Part shown: positions 9,464-19,030 of the stretch, piece by piece
Numbering within the stretch: position 1 is the first letter of the stretch
Layout: every line of letters begins with the position of its first letter
Source of the DNA: an uncultured Acidobacteriota bacterium
GTDB lineage: Bacteria > Acidobacteriota > Thermoanaerobaculia > UBA5066 > DATFVB01
DNA: 64,000 nt
Assembly (NCBI GenBank): GCA_963773815.1
Contig: CAVZCI010000003.1
Location: 151,749 to 215,748 of the forward strand
Reading direction: 5' to 3'
Position numbers and translations under genes: made by a program
Notes under the pieces: generated by a model
What the model saw: the letters and a program-made list of their open reading frames with translations, nothing else
Told to the model about the DNA's origin: nothing
Databases searched by the model: none

Positions 9464-9877
9464 TCACGAATGAGGCTCGTACAGGAGAAGCCGCGTCCGC
9501 GTGGCGATCGCTGAAAAGTCTCGGTCCAGCGTGAGGAGCTCCCCGCGTACCGCGATTGTCTGGGCGGCGATCAGGCAGCCGATGGTCGACGCGGAAACGC
9601 CGTGGCGACGGCAGGTGTTCGAGATCCGAGCCGCGGCCAGATGATCCTCGCGCCGGGCGGGGAGGACGGGGAATCCTTTCATCAGGCCGGAGACACGTCG
9701 GAATTGTTCGTCAGTTCGAACTCCGGAGAGGAGCTCCTGCAGGACGATTCCGGGAACGGCGAGCGGTTCGTCCCTCTGGATGAGCGTGGAAAGTTCCGCG
9801 ACGACTGCCGGAGGTGGGTTACTGCCTCGCCGTCGTCGAAACGCGAGCGAAAGGATCGATGTATCGAGGACAATCAA
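9464..9877 (-). CDS. vapC: Type II toxin VapC (PIN-domain ribonuclease)
   Basis: MIVLDTSIL...acidic PIN residues; start overlaps the stop of the upstream antitoxin gene (ATGA). Confidence 0.75.
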   Translation of the reverse strand: MIVLDTSILSLAFRRRRGSNPPPAVVAELSTLIQRDEPLAVPGIVLQELLSGVRTDEQFRRVSGLMKGFPVLPARREDHLAAARISNTCRRHGVSASTIGCLIAAQTIAVRGELLTLDRDFSAIATRTRLLLYEPHS

Positions 9878-10074
9878 CGCCGGCGGCGCGCTGAGCGGTA
9901 GTCGTAATTCGGGTCGAAAGAAATCGTACCGAAAGCTTTAACCGCCTTCAGGCGCTCCCGGCGTGAGACGTATTCTTCCAGCGCCTCCTGGACAGTCTCC
10001 TTTTTTGTCCTCCGCCCTCCGACACGAAGAGCGAGATTCAGCAGCCGGTCGTCGAGATCGAGATTCGTTGCCAT
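9874..10074 (-). CDS. vapB: Type II antitoxin VapB family
   Basis: 66 aa, MATNLDLDDRLLNLALRVGG...typical VapB N-terminus; 4-bp overlap with vapC. Confidence 0.65.
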   Translation of the reverse strand: MATNLDLDDRLLNLALRVGGRRTKKETVQEALEEYVSRRERLKAVKAFGTISFDPNYDYRSARRRR

Positions 10075-10175
10075 CGAGCAAGAATATCACACATACGCCT
10101 ACACAAGGCGCGGTCAGGGCTCGCTCGCATCGAGCGGCGAGCAGGTTCGGCGCAGCGAGAGGATCGCCCCGCCTG

Positions 10176-10616
10176 TTATGCCCTGCGGTGGTCCGCCCGC
10201 CAGGCCTTGACCCGCTTCTTGACTTCTTTCCGCGGCAGCTTCTCCGAGAGCGCGGCGCGCGCCAGCTCGGCGAGCTCGCCATCGGAGGCGAAGCGAAGTC
10301 CGATCAACTGGTCGTCCGACAGCTTGTCGGCGACTTCCCGTCCCTGGGCCCCGAGGACCCTTTCGAGCCGAAGCCTCTCTTCCAGGCCGATCAAACGGTC
10401 CTGGACCGAAAGGGGATAGGTCCGGGTCCGAAACGTGTTGATCGCGAGCGCGAGCGCCACGACGACGATGACTCCGCTCTGGGGAGTCGGGTGGCGAATG
10501 ATGTGGATGATCGAATAGATCGGAAACAACAGCAACAGCACCGGCAGCGCGAAAAAATGGAAGATCGGGTCCCACCGGGTATGGCTCGCATAGCTCTGGG
10601 CTTTCGGATCGCTCAT
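10176..10616 (-). CDS. Hypothetical small membrane protein (two predicted TM helices)
   Basis: 146 aa; hydrophobic stretches FHFFALPVLLLLFPIYSIIHII and VIVVVALALAI; C-terminal charged domain. Confidence 0.5.
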   Translation of the reverse strand: MSDPKAQSYASHTRWDPIFHFFALPVLLLLFPIYSIIHIIRHPTPQSGVIVVVALALAINTFRTRTYPLSVQDRLIGLEERLRLERVLGAQGREVADKLSDDQLIGLRFASDGELAELARAALSEKLPRKEVKKRVKAWRADHRRA

Positions 10617-10770
10617 GTTCGCTCCTTATGAATTCGCGTGCGATCTTACCGGATAGAGCCGGTGGAAGAGAAAGAGCCCTTGCGCCAAAACGCGGTCCGG
10701 GTTCCAGTCCTCCGGGACGATTTGCGCCGCCGGCATCTCAGATAAGATCGTTTCCGCAGGAGATCCGAAA

Positions 10771-12315
10771 ATGAAAATGCATCGCACCCTGGCAGTTCTC
10801 TCGCTTTTCTCCGCTCTCGTGCTTCCCGTTTCCCTCCTCCCTGCGGCCGAGACCGCGAAGGACGGCGAAAAACCGGCCGAACAGAAAAAGAAAGAAGTCG
10901 AAAATGCCCCGCCGGAGGTCAAGCCGGTCGTCACGCAGCACGAAATCCAGCTCGGCGGGAAGCCCCTGCGCTACACCGCGACCGCCGGCTACATGCCGAT
11001 GAAGGACGAGGAGGGAAAGCTCAAGGCGAACATCTTCTTCGTCGCCTACACTCGCGACGGAGGCGACTCTTCCCGCCGCCCGGTGACTTTCGCCTACAAC
11101 GGGGGACCCGGCTCTTCCTCCGTCTGGCTTCACCTGGGGGCGCTCGGTCCCAAGCGCGTCGCGATGCAGGACGAAGGATGGGCGCTTCCTCCCCCGTACC
11201 GGCTCGTCGACAACGACCAGACGTGGCTCTCTTTCACGGACCTGGTTTTCATCGACCCCGTCACGACCGGATTCAGCCGCCCCGCGACCGGCGAGAAGCC
11301 CGAGCAGTTCCACGGCCTTCGCGAGGACGTCGAGTCGGTCGGAGACTTCATCCGTTTGTACACGACGCGCTACCACCGCTGGGCGTCGCCGAAATTCCTC
11401 GCCGGGGAGAGCTACGGCACGACGCGATCCGCCGGACTGGCGGGCTACCTCCAGCGCCGGCACGGCATGTACCTGAACGGCATCACGCTCATCTCGACCG
11501 TACTGAACTTCCAGACACTCGAGTTCAATCCGGGAAACGACCTGCCTTACGTTTTGTTTCTTCCTTCCGAGACGGCGGCGGCGTGGTACCACAAGAAGCT
11601 TCCGGCCGACCTGCAGGGAAATTTCGACGCGGCGATCGCCGAGTCCCGGAAGTTCGCGGCGGGAGACTTCTCGCTCGCGCTGCTCGCGGGAGACCGGCTT
11701 TCAGCGGAAAAGAGGTCCGCGGCCGCGAAAGAGCTTTCCCGGCTCAGCGGAATCTCCGAGAAATTCATCGATCAGCACGACCTTCGTTTTACCGAAGGCG
11801 AGTTCTTCACGGAGCTGCTCCGGGACCAGGGCAAGACGATCGGGCGTCTCGACGCGCGATTCACGCGCCCGCTGCTCACCGATTCGGAGCGGGAATTCGG
11901 GACCGACCCGAGCTACGAGGCGATCTACGGTCCCTACACGGCGCTGCTGAACAACTACATCCGCGAAGATCTCAAGTACGAAAACGACCTGCCGTACGAG
12001 ATCCTGACGGGGCGCGTGCAGCCGTGGAAATTCCCGGAGGGGCAGTACGCGAACGTCGCGCAGACCCTGCGCGACGCGATCGTTCAGAACCCCGCCCTCC
12101 ATGTCTTCGTCGCGGCGGGATATTTCGACTTTGCGACGCCGTTCTTCGCCGCGGAATACACGATCGACCACCTGGGCCTTCCGCCCGCGCTTCGGGGGAA
12201 CGTGTCGCTCGACCATTTCCCGGCGGGGCACATGGTGTACATCCAGAAGTCGTCGCTGGACCGCCTGACGAAGGACGTCGAGACGTTCTACGCGAAGGCG
12301 TTGCCGGCCCGATAG
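10771..12315 (+). CDS. Secreted serine carboxypeptidase, peptidase S10 family
   Basis: Signal peptide; NGGPGSSS and GESYG catalytic-serine motifs; 514 aa. Confidence 0.8.
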   Translation: MKMHRTLAVLSLFSALVLPVSLLPAAETAKDGEKPAEQKKKEVENAPPEVKPVVTQHEIQLGGKPLRYTATAGYMPMKDEEGKLKANIFFVAYTRDGGDSSRRPVTFAYNGGPGSSSVWLHLGALGPKRVAMQDEGWALPPPYRLVDNDQTWLSFTDLVFIDPVTTGFSRPATGEKPEQFHGLREDVESVGDFIRLYTTRYHRWASPKFLAGESYGTTRSAGLAGYLQRRHGMYLNGITLISTVLNFQTLEFNPGNDLPYVLFLPSETAAAWYHKKLPADLQGNFDAAIAESRKFAAGDFSLALLAGDRLSAEKRSAAAKELSRLSGISEKFIDQHDLRFTEGEFFTELLRDQGKTIGRLDARFTRPLLTDSEREFGTDPSYEAIYGPYTALLNNYIREDLKYENDLPYEILTGRVQPWKFPEGQYANVAQTLRDAIVQNPALHVFVAAGYFDFATPFFAAEYTIDHLGLPPALRGNVSLDHFPAGHMVYIQKSSLDRLTKDVETFYAKALPAR

Positions 12316-12406
12316 GAGCGGTCATTGCGAGCCCCGAAGGGGCGCGGCAATCTGTCCGGGGTAGATTGCTTCGTCGCTGCGCTCCTCGCAATGACAGGCC
12401 GGAAAT

Positions 12407-13423
12407 TCAGCGAGGCAGCGACTCCGGGAATGGCGGGCGGTGCACTCCTTTTTCGGTGACGATCGCCGAGATGTACCGCGCGGGAGTGACGTCGAAGGCG
12501 GGGTGGCGGGCCGAGACGCCGGCCGGCGCGACGGCGACCCCGCCGATGGACGTGACTTCGCCGGACGAGCGTTCCTCGATCGGAATCCCGGCTCCGTCGG
12601 CGATCGACGGATCGAGCGTCGTCATCGGCGCGGCGACGTAGAACGGCACGCCGTTTTCTTTTGCGAGGACGGCGAGAGAGTAGGTTCCGATCTTGTTCGC
12701 CGTGTCTCCGTTCGCCGCGATGCGGTCCGCGCCGACGATCACCGCCGAGACCTCGCCGCGCGACAGAAAGTGCCCCGCCATTCCGTCCGTGATGATCTCG
12801 ACGGGTATTCCGTCCCGCTGAAGCTCCCACGCCGTCAGCCGCGCTCCCTGCAGGAAGGGGCGCGTTTCATCGGCGAGCACGCGGATCTTCTTTCCGTCTT
12901 CGACCGCGCCGCGGATCACGCCGAGAGCCGTTCCGTAACCGGACGTCGCGAGCGCGCCGGCGTTGCAGTGCGTGAGGACGGTCGCGCCGCTGGAAAGGAG
13001 CCGCGCGCCGTGGCGCCCGATCGCGCGGCACGCCTCGATCCCCTCTTCGGAGAGCGCTTCGGCCTCGCGGACGAGCCGTTCGGCGAGCGCCGGGCCGGTC
13101 AGCCCCGGTTCCGCGCGGAAGACTCGTTCCATCCGCTCGACCGCCGCGAAGAGGTCGCGGGCCGTCGGCCGGGCGGCCCGGATCAGCCTCGCCGCTTTCG
13201 CGAAGCTCTCCCCGCCGCTTCCGGCGAGCGCCATTCCATAGGCCGCGGCCGCCCCGATCGCCGGCGCGCCGCGGACGGCCATGTCGCGGATCGCGGCGGC
13301 GACCTGCTCCGGCGTTTCGAGCTCGAGCCAGACTTCCTTTCCGGGCAGCAGGCGCTGGTCCAGGAGCTTCAGCTTTCCGGCTTCCCAGTAAAGCGGGCGA
13401 AACAACTCCATGCACCGGATCAT
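12407..13423 (-). CDS. mtnA: S-methyl-5-thioribose-1-phosphate isomerase (eIF-2B alpha/beta/delta-like)
   Basis: 338 aa C-terminal portion of the spurious 949-aa ORF; [12 protein letters not shown]...[10 protein letters not shown]...[17 protein letters not shown] are conserved MtnA blocks; ATG at 13423. Confidence 0.8.
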   Translation of the reverse strand: MIRCMELFRPLYWEAGKLKLLDQRLLPGKEVWLELETPEQVAAAIRDMAVRGAPAIGAAAAYGMALAGSGGESFAKAARLIRAARPTARDLFAAVERMERVFRAEPGLTGPALAERLVREAEALSEEGIEACRAIGRHGARLLSSGATVLTHCNAGALATSGYGTALGVIRGAVEDGKKIRVLADETRPFLQGARLTAWELQRDGIPVEIITDGMAGHFLSRGEVSAVIVGADRIAANGDTANKIGTYSLAVLAKENGVPFYVAAPMTTLDPSIADGAGIPIEERSSGEVTSIGGVAVAPAGVSARHPAFDVTPARYISAIVTEKGVHRPPFPESLPR

Positions 13424-13591
13424 ATTCTCGCTCGGCACGGGAGCCGCCTCTCCCCGCGGGAGAGGCCGACGCGAAGCGGCGGGTGAGGGAGATCTCGGGG
13501 GCTCCCTCACCCCGACCCTCTCGCGTTCACCGGTCGATCTGAAGGCTGCCCGCCGGGAGAGGGGGAAGCTCCCTGCGCTAAGATTCGCTCG

Positions 13592-14764
13592 ATGAAGACC
13601 CTCGACGACATCGACCTCCGCGGGAAGACCGTTTTCCTCCGCGTCGACTTCAACGTGCCGTTGAAGGACGGGCGCGTCGCCGACGACATGCGGATCGTCG
13701 AGACCGTGCCGACGATTCGCCGGGCGATCGAAAAGGGCGCGAAGCTCGTGCTCGCGAGCCACCTCGGAAAACCCAAAGGGAAGAGGGACGAGAAGCTCAC
13801 GCTCCGCCCCGTCTCGCTGCGGCTCGCGGAGCTCCTGAAGCAGCCCGTTCTTTTCGCGACCGACTGCATCGGCGAAGAGGTCCAGACCCAGGTCGCGAAG
13901 CTCGCGCCCGGCGACGTCCTGCTGCTCGAGAATCTCCGTTTCTACCCCGGCGAGGAAAAGAACGATCCGGAGTTCTCGGCCGCGCTCGCGAAGGGGATCG
14001 ACGTTTACGTCGACGACGCCTTCGGCGCCGCGCATCGGGCCCACGCGTCGATCGTCGGCGTTCCGAAGCGCGTCCCCGTCCGGGCCGCGGGTCTCCTGAT
14101 GGCGTCCGAGGTCACTCACCTTTCGGCGCTGCTCGAGCCCCGCCGCCCGTTCGCCGCCATCCTCGGCGGCGCGAAGATCTCCACGAAGATGGAGCCCCTG
14201 CGCGCGCTCGCCGGTCTCGCGGACATGCTGCTGCTCGGCGGCGGAATGGCGAATCATTTCGTTCGGGCCATCGGGCTTCCGGTCGGCAAGTCGCTGCTCG
14301 AAGAGGACCGCGTTCCGGTCGCGCGGGAGATCCTCGACCTCTGCAAAGAGGAGGGAAAGACGATCGCCCTGCCCTCCGATTTCGTCGTCGCGAAAGATCC
14401 CTCGGACGGAAAGAACGCGAAAACCGTCTCGATCCAGGGCATCCCTCCCGACAAAATGGCGCTCGACATCGGCCCGAAGACCGTCGAGCAGTTCGCCCGC
14501 CTTCTCGGCGATGCGCAGACGATCTTCTGGAACGGGCCGATGGGGGTCTTCGAAAACCCTCCCTTCGACAAGGGGACGATGGCGGTCGCGCGCCTGCTGG
14601 CGGAGTCTGGCGCGGTGACGGTCGTGGGCGGCGGCGAATCCGTGCAGGCGGTCCGCCGCGCGGGAGTGGCCGGGAAGATCACTCACGTTTCGACGGGCGG
14701 AGGGGCGTCGCTCGAGTTCCTCTCCGGCGTCGAGCTTCCGGGGCTGAAAGCTCTCGACGAGTGA
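13592..14764 (+). CDS. pgk: Phosphoglycerate kinase
   Basis: Full-length match (RVDFNVPL..., [17 protein letters not shown]...). Confidence 0.92.
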   Translation: MKTLDDIDLRGKTVFLRVDFNVPLKDGRVADDMRIVETVPTIRRAIEKGAKLVLASHLGKPKGKRDEKLTLRPVSLRLAELLKQPVLFATDCIGEEVQTQVAKLAPGDVLLLENLRFYPGEEKNDPEFSAALAKGIDVYVDDAFGAAHRAHASIVGVPKRVPVRAAGLLMASEVTHLSALLEPRRPFAAILGGAKISTKMEPLRALAGLADMLLLGGGMANHFVRAIGLPVGKSLLEEDRVPVAREILDLCKEEGKTIALPSDFVVAKDPSDGKNAKTVSIQGIPPDKMALDIGPKTVEQFARLLGDAQTIFWNGPMGVFENPPFDKGTMAVARLLAESGAVTVVGGGESVQAVRRAGVAGKITHVSTGGGASLEFLSGVELPGLKALDE

Positions 14765-14768
14765 GACG

Positions 14769-14841
14769 ATGAAAAAGCTCTTCGGGGGTGGCCGAAGGCC
14801 GGAGGAGAGGTTCGGCCCGGGGGAATCGTGAAAAAGCTCTT
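14769..14841 (+). repeat. Tandem direct duplication of the tpiA 5' end (GAAAAAGCTCTTCG, ~16 nt) separated by a 42-nt GC-rich hairpin spacer; creates a 20-codon decoy ORF ([20 protein letters not shown])
   Basis: ATGAAAAAGCTCTTCG at 14769 and GTGAAAAAGCTCTTCG at 14828 in different frames. The spacer carries the inverted repeat GGCCGAAGG...GGTTCGGCC. Confidence 0.6.
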
Positions 14842-15541
14842 CGTGGCGAACTGGAAAATGAACAAGACGCGCGAGGAGGCGCTGGAGTTCCGGGAAGCTC
14901 TTTCGGGCCGCGTCGCGGCGCTCGGAGAGGTCGAAGTCGCGGTTGCGCCTCCTTTTCCGTATCTCATCGAGCTCGTCGATTCCGGCGGCCGGTGGTCGAC
15001 CGCCGGTCAGGATTGCTCGGCGGAGCCGTCGGGCGCGTTCACCGGCGAGGTTTCGGCCTCCATGCTTGCCTCGTGCGGATGCCGTTACGTGATTCTCGGC
15101 CACTCGGAACGTCGCAAGTATTTCGGCGAATCCGGGCCGCTCCTCCGGTCCAAGCTCGAGCGCGCGAGAGAGAAGGGGCTCGTGCCGATTTTCTGCGTGG
15201 GCGAGACCCAACGGGAGCGGGGCGAAGGCCTGACCCGGGAGGTGCTCGTCCGCCATCTCGAGGCGCTCGGAAACGATCCCGCCCGGCTTCCGCTCGTCGT
15301 CGCCTACGAGCCGGTCTGGGCGATCGGCACGGGGCAGAACGCAACGCCCGAACAGGCGGGGGAGTCGATCGACGAGATCCGGCGGCTCTTGCCGGGCCGC
15401 GCGGAGCTTCGCGTGCTGTACGGCGGCTCCGTGACTCCCGGGAATTCCGCGAACCTGCTGCGGCAGCCGGGAATCGACGGCTTCCTGATCGGGGGCGCGT
15501 CCCTCGACGCGGGGTCGTTCTGCTCGATTTGCGCGTCTTGA
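14828..15541 (+). CDS. tpiA: Triosephosphate isomerase
   Basis: VANWKMNK, catalytic E ([10 protein letters not shown]), GGASL; annotated from GTG at 14828 because the upstream ATG copy is out of frame. Confidence 0.85.
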   Translation: MKKLFVANWKMNKTREEALEFREALSGRVAALGEVEVAVAPPFPYLIELVDSGGRWSTAGQDCSAEPSGAFTGEVSASMLASCGCRYVILGHSERRKYFGESGPLLRSKLERAREKGLVPIFCVGETQRERGEGLTREVLVRHLEALGNDPARLPLVVAYEPVWAIGTGQNATPEQAGESIDEIRRLLPGRAELRVLYGGSVTPGNSANLLRQPGIDGFLIGGASLDAGSFCSICAS

Positions 15542-15626
15542 CTCCGTTTGGGCGTGCCTTGACCCCGTTTCGGCCCCCGGGCTATGATCTGCGGCTCCCC
15601 TGGAAGGGGGACCGGAAAGGTCGCTG

Positions 15627-15968
15627 ATGTTTACGCTTCTCGTGGTTGTCTACATTTTCGTTTGCCTGTTCCTCATCCTCGTCGTGCTCCTCCAGCAGGG
15701 GCGGGGCGCCGACCTCGCCGGAGCCTTCGGCGGCGGCGGATCGCAGCAGACGTTCGGCCCGCGCGGGGCGGCGACGTTCCTGCACAAGCTGACGACGGGT
15801 TTCTTCGTGGCCTTCATCGCGATCGCTCTCGCGCTCGCGGTGATCGAAAGCCGGCCTCAGTCTTCCGTGATTCGCGAAGGAACGAAGAACCCGAAGACCG
15901 CTCCGAAGCGGCCGGCTTCGTTTCCGGTTCCCGCTCCCGCTCCGGCGCCGCCGAGCACGCAGAAGTAG
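15627..15968 (+). CDS. secG: Preprotein translocase subunit SecG
   Basis: 113 aa; two TM helices, [24 protein letters not shown] SecG signature, Pro/Ala-rich tail. Confidence 0.8.
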   Translation: MFTLLVVVYIFVCLFLILVVLLQQGRGADLAGAFGGGGSQQTFGPRGAATFLHKLTTGFFVAFIAIALALAVIESRPQSSVIREGTKNPKTAPKRPASFPVPAPAPAPPSTQK

Positions 15969-15975
15969 GTTCCCA

Positions 15976-16060
<85 letters not shown>

Positions 16061-16088
16061 ATAACTGCTTTTGAGCTAGCCCGTTCTC

Positions 16089-17198
16089 TTATCTCCGCGT
16101 GAGGCGAAGCACGAGGCCGAGATCGGCGCGGTCGCCCAGGCTCGGAACGTTCTCGATCAGAGTGATTCGCGTCGACCAGCGACGGTAGAGGTCCCGCTCG
16201 ATCCCGAGGCCGACTTCGCCTCCCGAACGCGAAACGCCGCTCAATCTCTCGCGCCGGAACGGACTCTGCTCGAACGTAAAGGAGCAACCCGCACGGGTGC
16301 GGTCGCCGAATCTGCGGGCGGCGTTGACCGAGACTCGAGCGAACGAGGCGGTTTCGAGGGCCACCGGCCCCTTCCAGGAACCCGGAAAGACGATCCCCGC
16401 CTCGGCTCCGAAGTTCCACTTTCGGCCGTATCGGCGAACGAAGGCCGACACCCCCGCATCCCACGATCCCGATCCGTTCAAATCGCGCGCGCGACCGGTC
16501 GGCGCTTTCAGGGCGGCGTCGAATCCGAATTTCACCGATCGGGTCTCCCCGGGCGCACGGTACGAAAACGTCAGCGTCGTGTCGCCGAATCCGGATTGCG
16601 GACTCCGATCGTCGAACTCCAGCGCTCCTCCGGGTTGCTGGAGCATGACGACGAACCGGCCGCTCGGAAAATAGGTGCGGCCGACGTCCTTCAAGCCGAA
16701 GGCCGAGTGAAAACTCTCGATTCCACGATCGAGCGTGAAGGCATTGTGGGAGGCGTAGACGACCTCGAGCCCGAGGGAAAAAGATCGGGCGACGCCGATC
16801 CGCCCCGACAGCGATGAACGGAGGATCTCGCCGTCGACCAGCGTCATGGCGTCGTTCGGGAATCCGTTGTGGAGGTCTTCCGCTTCGGATTGTCGGAAGG
16901 GCTCGCCTGTCAAGCCGCGATCCCGGTGGATCGCCCGGGCATGGAACGTTTCGGAAAAAGTATTGCCGTAAGCCTCCTCGAACGACAGTGTCAGTTCTCC
17001 CGGCGAGAGATCCGCGGGATCGGCGGGGCCGAAAAAGAGGATCGGCGAGTGCAGCAGATAAAGGCTTCTCTCCCCAAACGCGGGAGTCTCGTCGCTCGAT
17101 CGCGGCTCGGTCCCTCGCGCCGCTCCGGCAAGCACGAGAGCAGCGGCGAACAGCGCGCGCGAAAATCGGCGTCGCGCGCCATATTGATTTGTTTGCAC
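16089..17198 (-). CDS. Secreted hypothetical protein (possible outer-membrane associated; DUF3187-like)
   Basis: Signal peptide MQTNQYGARRRFSRALFAAALVLAGAARG; 369 aa with alternating-pattern beta-rich sequence; no catalytic motif. Confidence 0.5.
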   Translation of the reverse strand: MQTNQYGARRRFSRALFAAALVLAGAARGTEPRSSDETPAFGERSLYLLHSPILFFGPADPADLSPGELTLSFEEAYGNTFSETFHARAIHRDRGLTGEPFRQSEAEDLHNGFPNDAMTLVDGEILRSSLSGRIGVARSFSLGLEVVYASHNAFTLDRGIESFHSAFGLKDVGRTYFPSGRFVVMLQQPGGALEFDDRSPQSGFGDTTLTFSYRAPGETRSVKFGFDAALKAPTGRARDLNGSGSWDAGVSAFVRRYGRKWNFGAEAGIVFPGSWKGPVALETASFARVSVNAARRFGDRTRAGCSFTFEQSPFRRERLSGVSRSGGEVGLGIERDLYRRWSTRITLIENVPSLGDRADLGLVLRLTRR

Positions 17199-17243
17199 GA
17201 ATTAAAGTTATCATTGAGAGTGCTCGCGCGAAACTTCCTCGTG

Positions 17244-17862
17244 ATGATTCTCCTGGCCTCGCCGTTGCCGGCCGCCGCGCAGGCACTCGTCGGCTCGATC
17301 GAAATCGGCGGCGGCGGGGGACGGTTCTATGGAGGCTCGTTCTCCAAGGGCAGCAACCAGTATTTCGACCACAAAGTCGAAGTCGACGATGACATCTCTC
17401 AAGGGGCTCTGGCTCGGAGCTCAACTCTCGAGAAACTGGGGAATCGAGATTGCCGTGCGCCGGACTTCCACGCAGATCGTCCGGCCGCAGTCCGGCGTCT
17501 TTCCGACGGAGCCGGAAGTCGCCACGATCGATTTCGCTTCGATCGAGGCGATGGGCCTGCGTTCCTTTCATTTCGGAAATTTCAGCCCGTATCTCGGATT
17601 CGGAATGGGAGTGAACAACCTCGACATCAACGTCCCCGACCGCTCGGTTCGCGACGTCAACCGGTTCGGCCTTTCGATAGCGGTCGGAGCGAAATTCTAC
17701 GCCGCACGCTGGATCGGGGTCCGAATCGACGCCCGAGGCCGCGCGACCTACCTCGGCAAGCGGGGCCTCGGCCAGGATCAGGGTTGGAGCGACACGCAAC
17801 GGTGGTTCCGCAATCAGGAGATCCTGGGCGGGGTCTTCCTTTCATTCGGGGGTTCGAAGTAG
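17244..17862 (+). CDS. Outer-membrane beta-barrel (porin/OmpW-like) protein, one apparent frameshift near 17400
   Basis: Signal peptide MILLASPLPAAAQA in frame 0. Beta-barrel body (LWLGAQLSRNWGIEIAVRRT...FGLSIAVGAKFY...RIDARGRATYL) follows in frame +1. Confidence 0.5.
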
Positions 17863-19023
17863 TTGGGACCCGACCTGATCACCGCATGCGTCTTCTGCGC
17901 GGGGCTACTGACGGTCCGAGACGTCCCGACACCTCCCGGGGCGTCGGTGGATCTCGCCGCTGCCTACGCGACGATGCAGCGCCAGCGGCTGCACGCCGGA
18001 ACCGCCGTCGACGAACGCTCGGACGTGACCATCAAGAGCACGTCAGTGGGAATCCGGTGGGCGAAACTTCCGGAGAACGGGCTCGGGGCGGGCACGCCTG
18101 CCTCGGAAATTCACCTCGCCTTCGCGTTTCCGAATTCCCACGATGAAGGGACTCCGGGGCGCGGCGCCGCCGATGGCGTCGTCGCCACGGGAGGCGGTCG
18201 GTATGAGAATTTTCTCGCTTTCGCACGCCTCCGGATCGGGCCGCACGACTCCTTCGAATTCGGCGGCGAACAACGCCGCCACAAGATCACCGACATCCTC
18301 CAACGCGATGGCGCGGGCGGACCGATCCTCAATCTTCGGGACATGATCGCCGAGCACATCGATCTGGCCGCGGGCTGGCGCCACCGGTGGCGCGATACCG
18401 AGGTCTCGGGCAGCATTCGCGAAGCTTTCATTCAGGGGAGGCATACCACGGACGGCGGATCGATCGACGCGCGGGGAAAGGTCTTCGGCGGCGGCCTCGA
18501 GGTTCGCCGCCGCGCGGGGCCGCTGGAGGCGGCGATCTTCGCGGAGTCCCTGTCGGGAGATCTGCCACGCGACGAGCGGCGTTATTCCGATTCTTCGGCG
18601 CAGCACGATTCTGCGCCGGCGCGTTTTCAGACGCTGGGACTGAGCCTATTTCACGACACTCGGCTGGTGCAGATCTTCTTCTCGGCCCGGATCGAGAGGA
18701 CCAGGTTGCCTTTCAGCGCCCTGGCCGTTCTCGGCAGCGAGACCGCCGCTTTCGACGCCGGCTACCTTCCCGATGTCCGGACGCAGCAATCCGTCTTCGA
18801 CCTCATCCTCCGCCGTCGGGTGGCTCGCGGCATATGGCCGCGGTTTTTCTTCCGTTTCTACCGCGGCAGCGATACGGTCCGCCTGACTGACCCGAGCGGC
18901 GCTCTCCCGGATCTCCGCTTCGACGTGCGCCGCGGCCATGAGTTTCCACCCACGGGAACGAGCCCGTCGGCGCCCGAATACGTCATCGGCGTCGGTGTCG
19001 AGGTGCACCCGTACGGAGAATGA
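17863..19023 (+). CDS. Hypothetical protein, possibly secreted/outer membrane
   Basis: 386-aa ORF with TTG start immediately after the preceding stop; GC3 bias supports coding; no motif recognised; start uncertain. Confidence 0.4.
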   Translation: MGPDLITACVFCAGLLTVRDVPTPPGASVDLAAAYATMQRQRLHAGTAVDERSDVTIKSTSVGIRWAKLPENGLGAGTPASEIHLAFAFPNSHDEGTPGRGAADGVVATGGGRYENFLAFARLRIGPHDSFEFGGEQRRHKITDILQRDGAGGPILNLRDMIAEHIDLAAGWRHRWRDTEVSGSIREAFIQGRHTTDGGSIDARGKVFGGGLEVRRRAGPLEAAIFAESLSGDLPRDERRYSDSSAQHDSAPARFQTLGLSLFHDTRLVQIFFSARIERTRLPFSALAVLGSETAAFDAGYLPDVRTQQSVFDLILRRRVARGIWPRFFFRFYRGSDTVRLTDPSGALPDLRFDVRRGHEFPPTGTSPSAPEYVIGVGVEVHPYGE

Positions 19024-19030
19024 GAGACGC

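Noticed and set aside
14769-14841. CRISPR-like or minisatellite array at the pgk/tpiA junction
   Set aside because: Only two repeat units and they are part of a coding 5' end; no further repeats or cas genes anywhere in the window.
12407-15256. 949-aa minus-strand ORF covering mtnA and the antisense strand of pgk/tpiA
   Set aside because: Real gene is the 338-aa MtnA at the 3' end; the rest is antisense to well-conserved pgk and tpiA.
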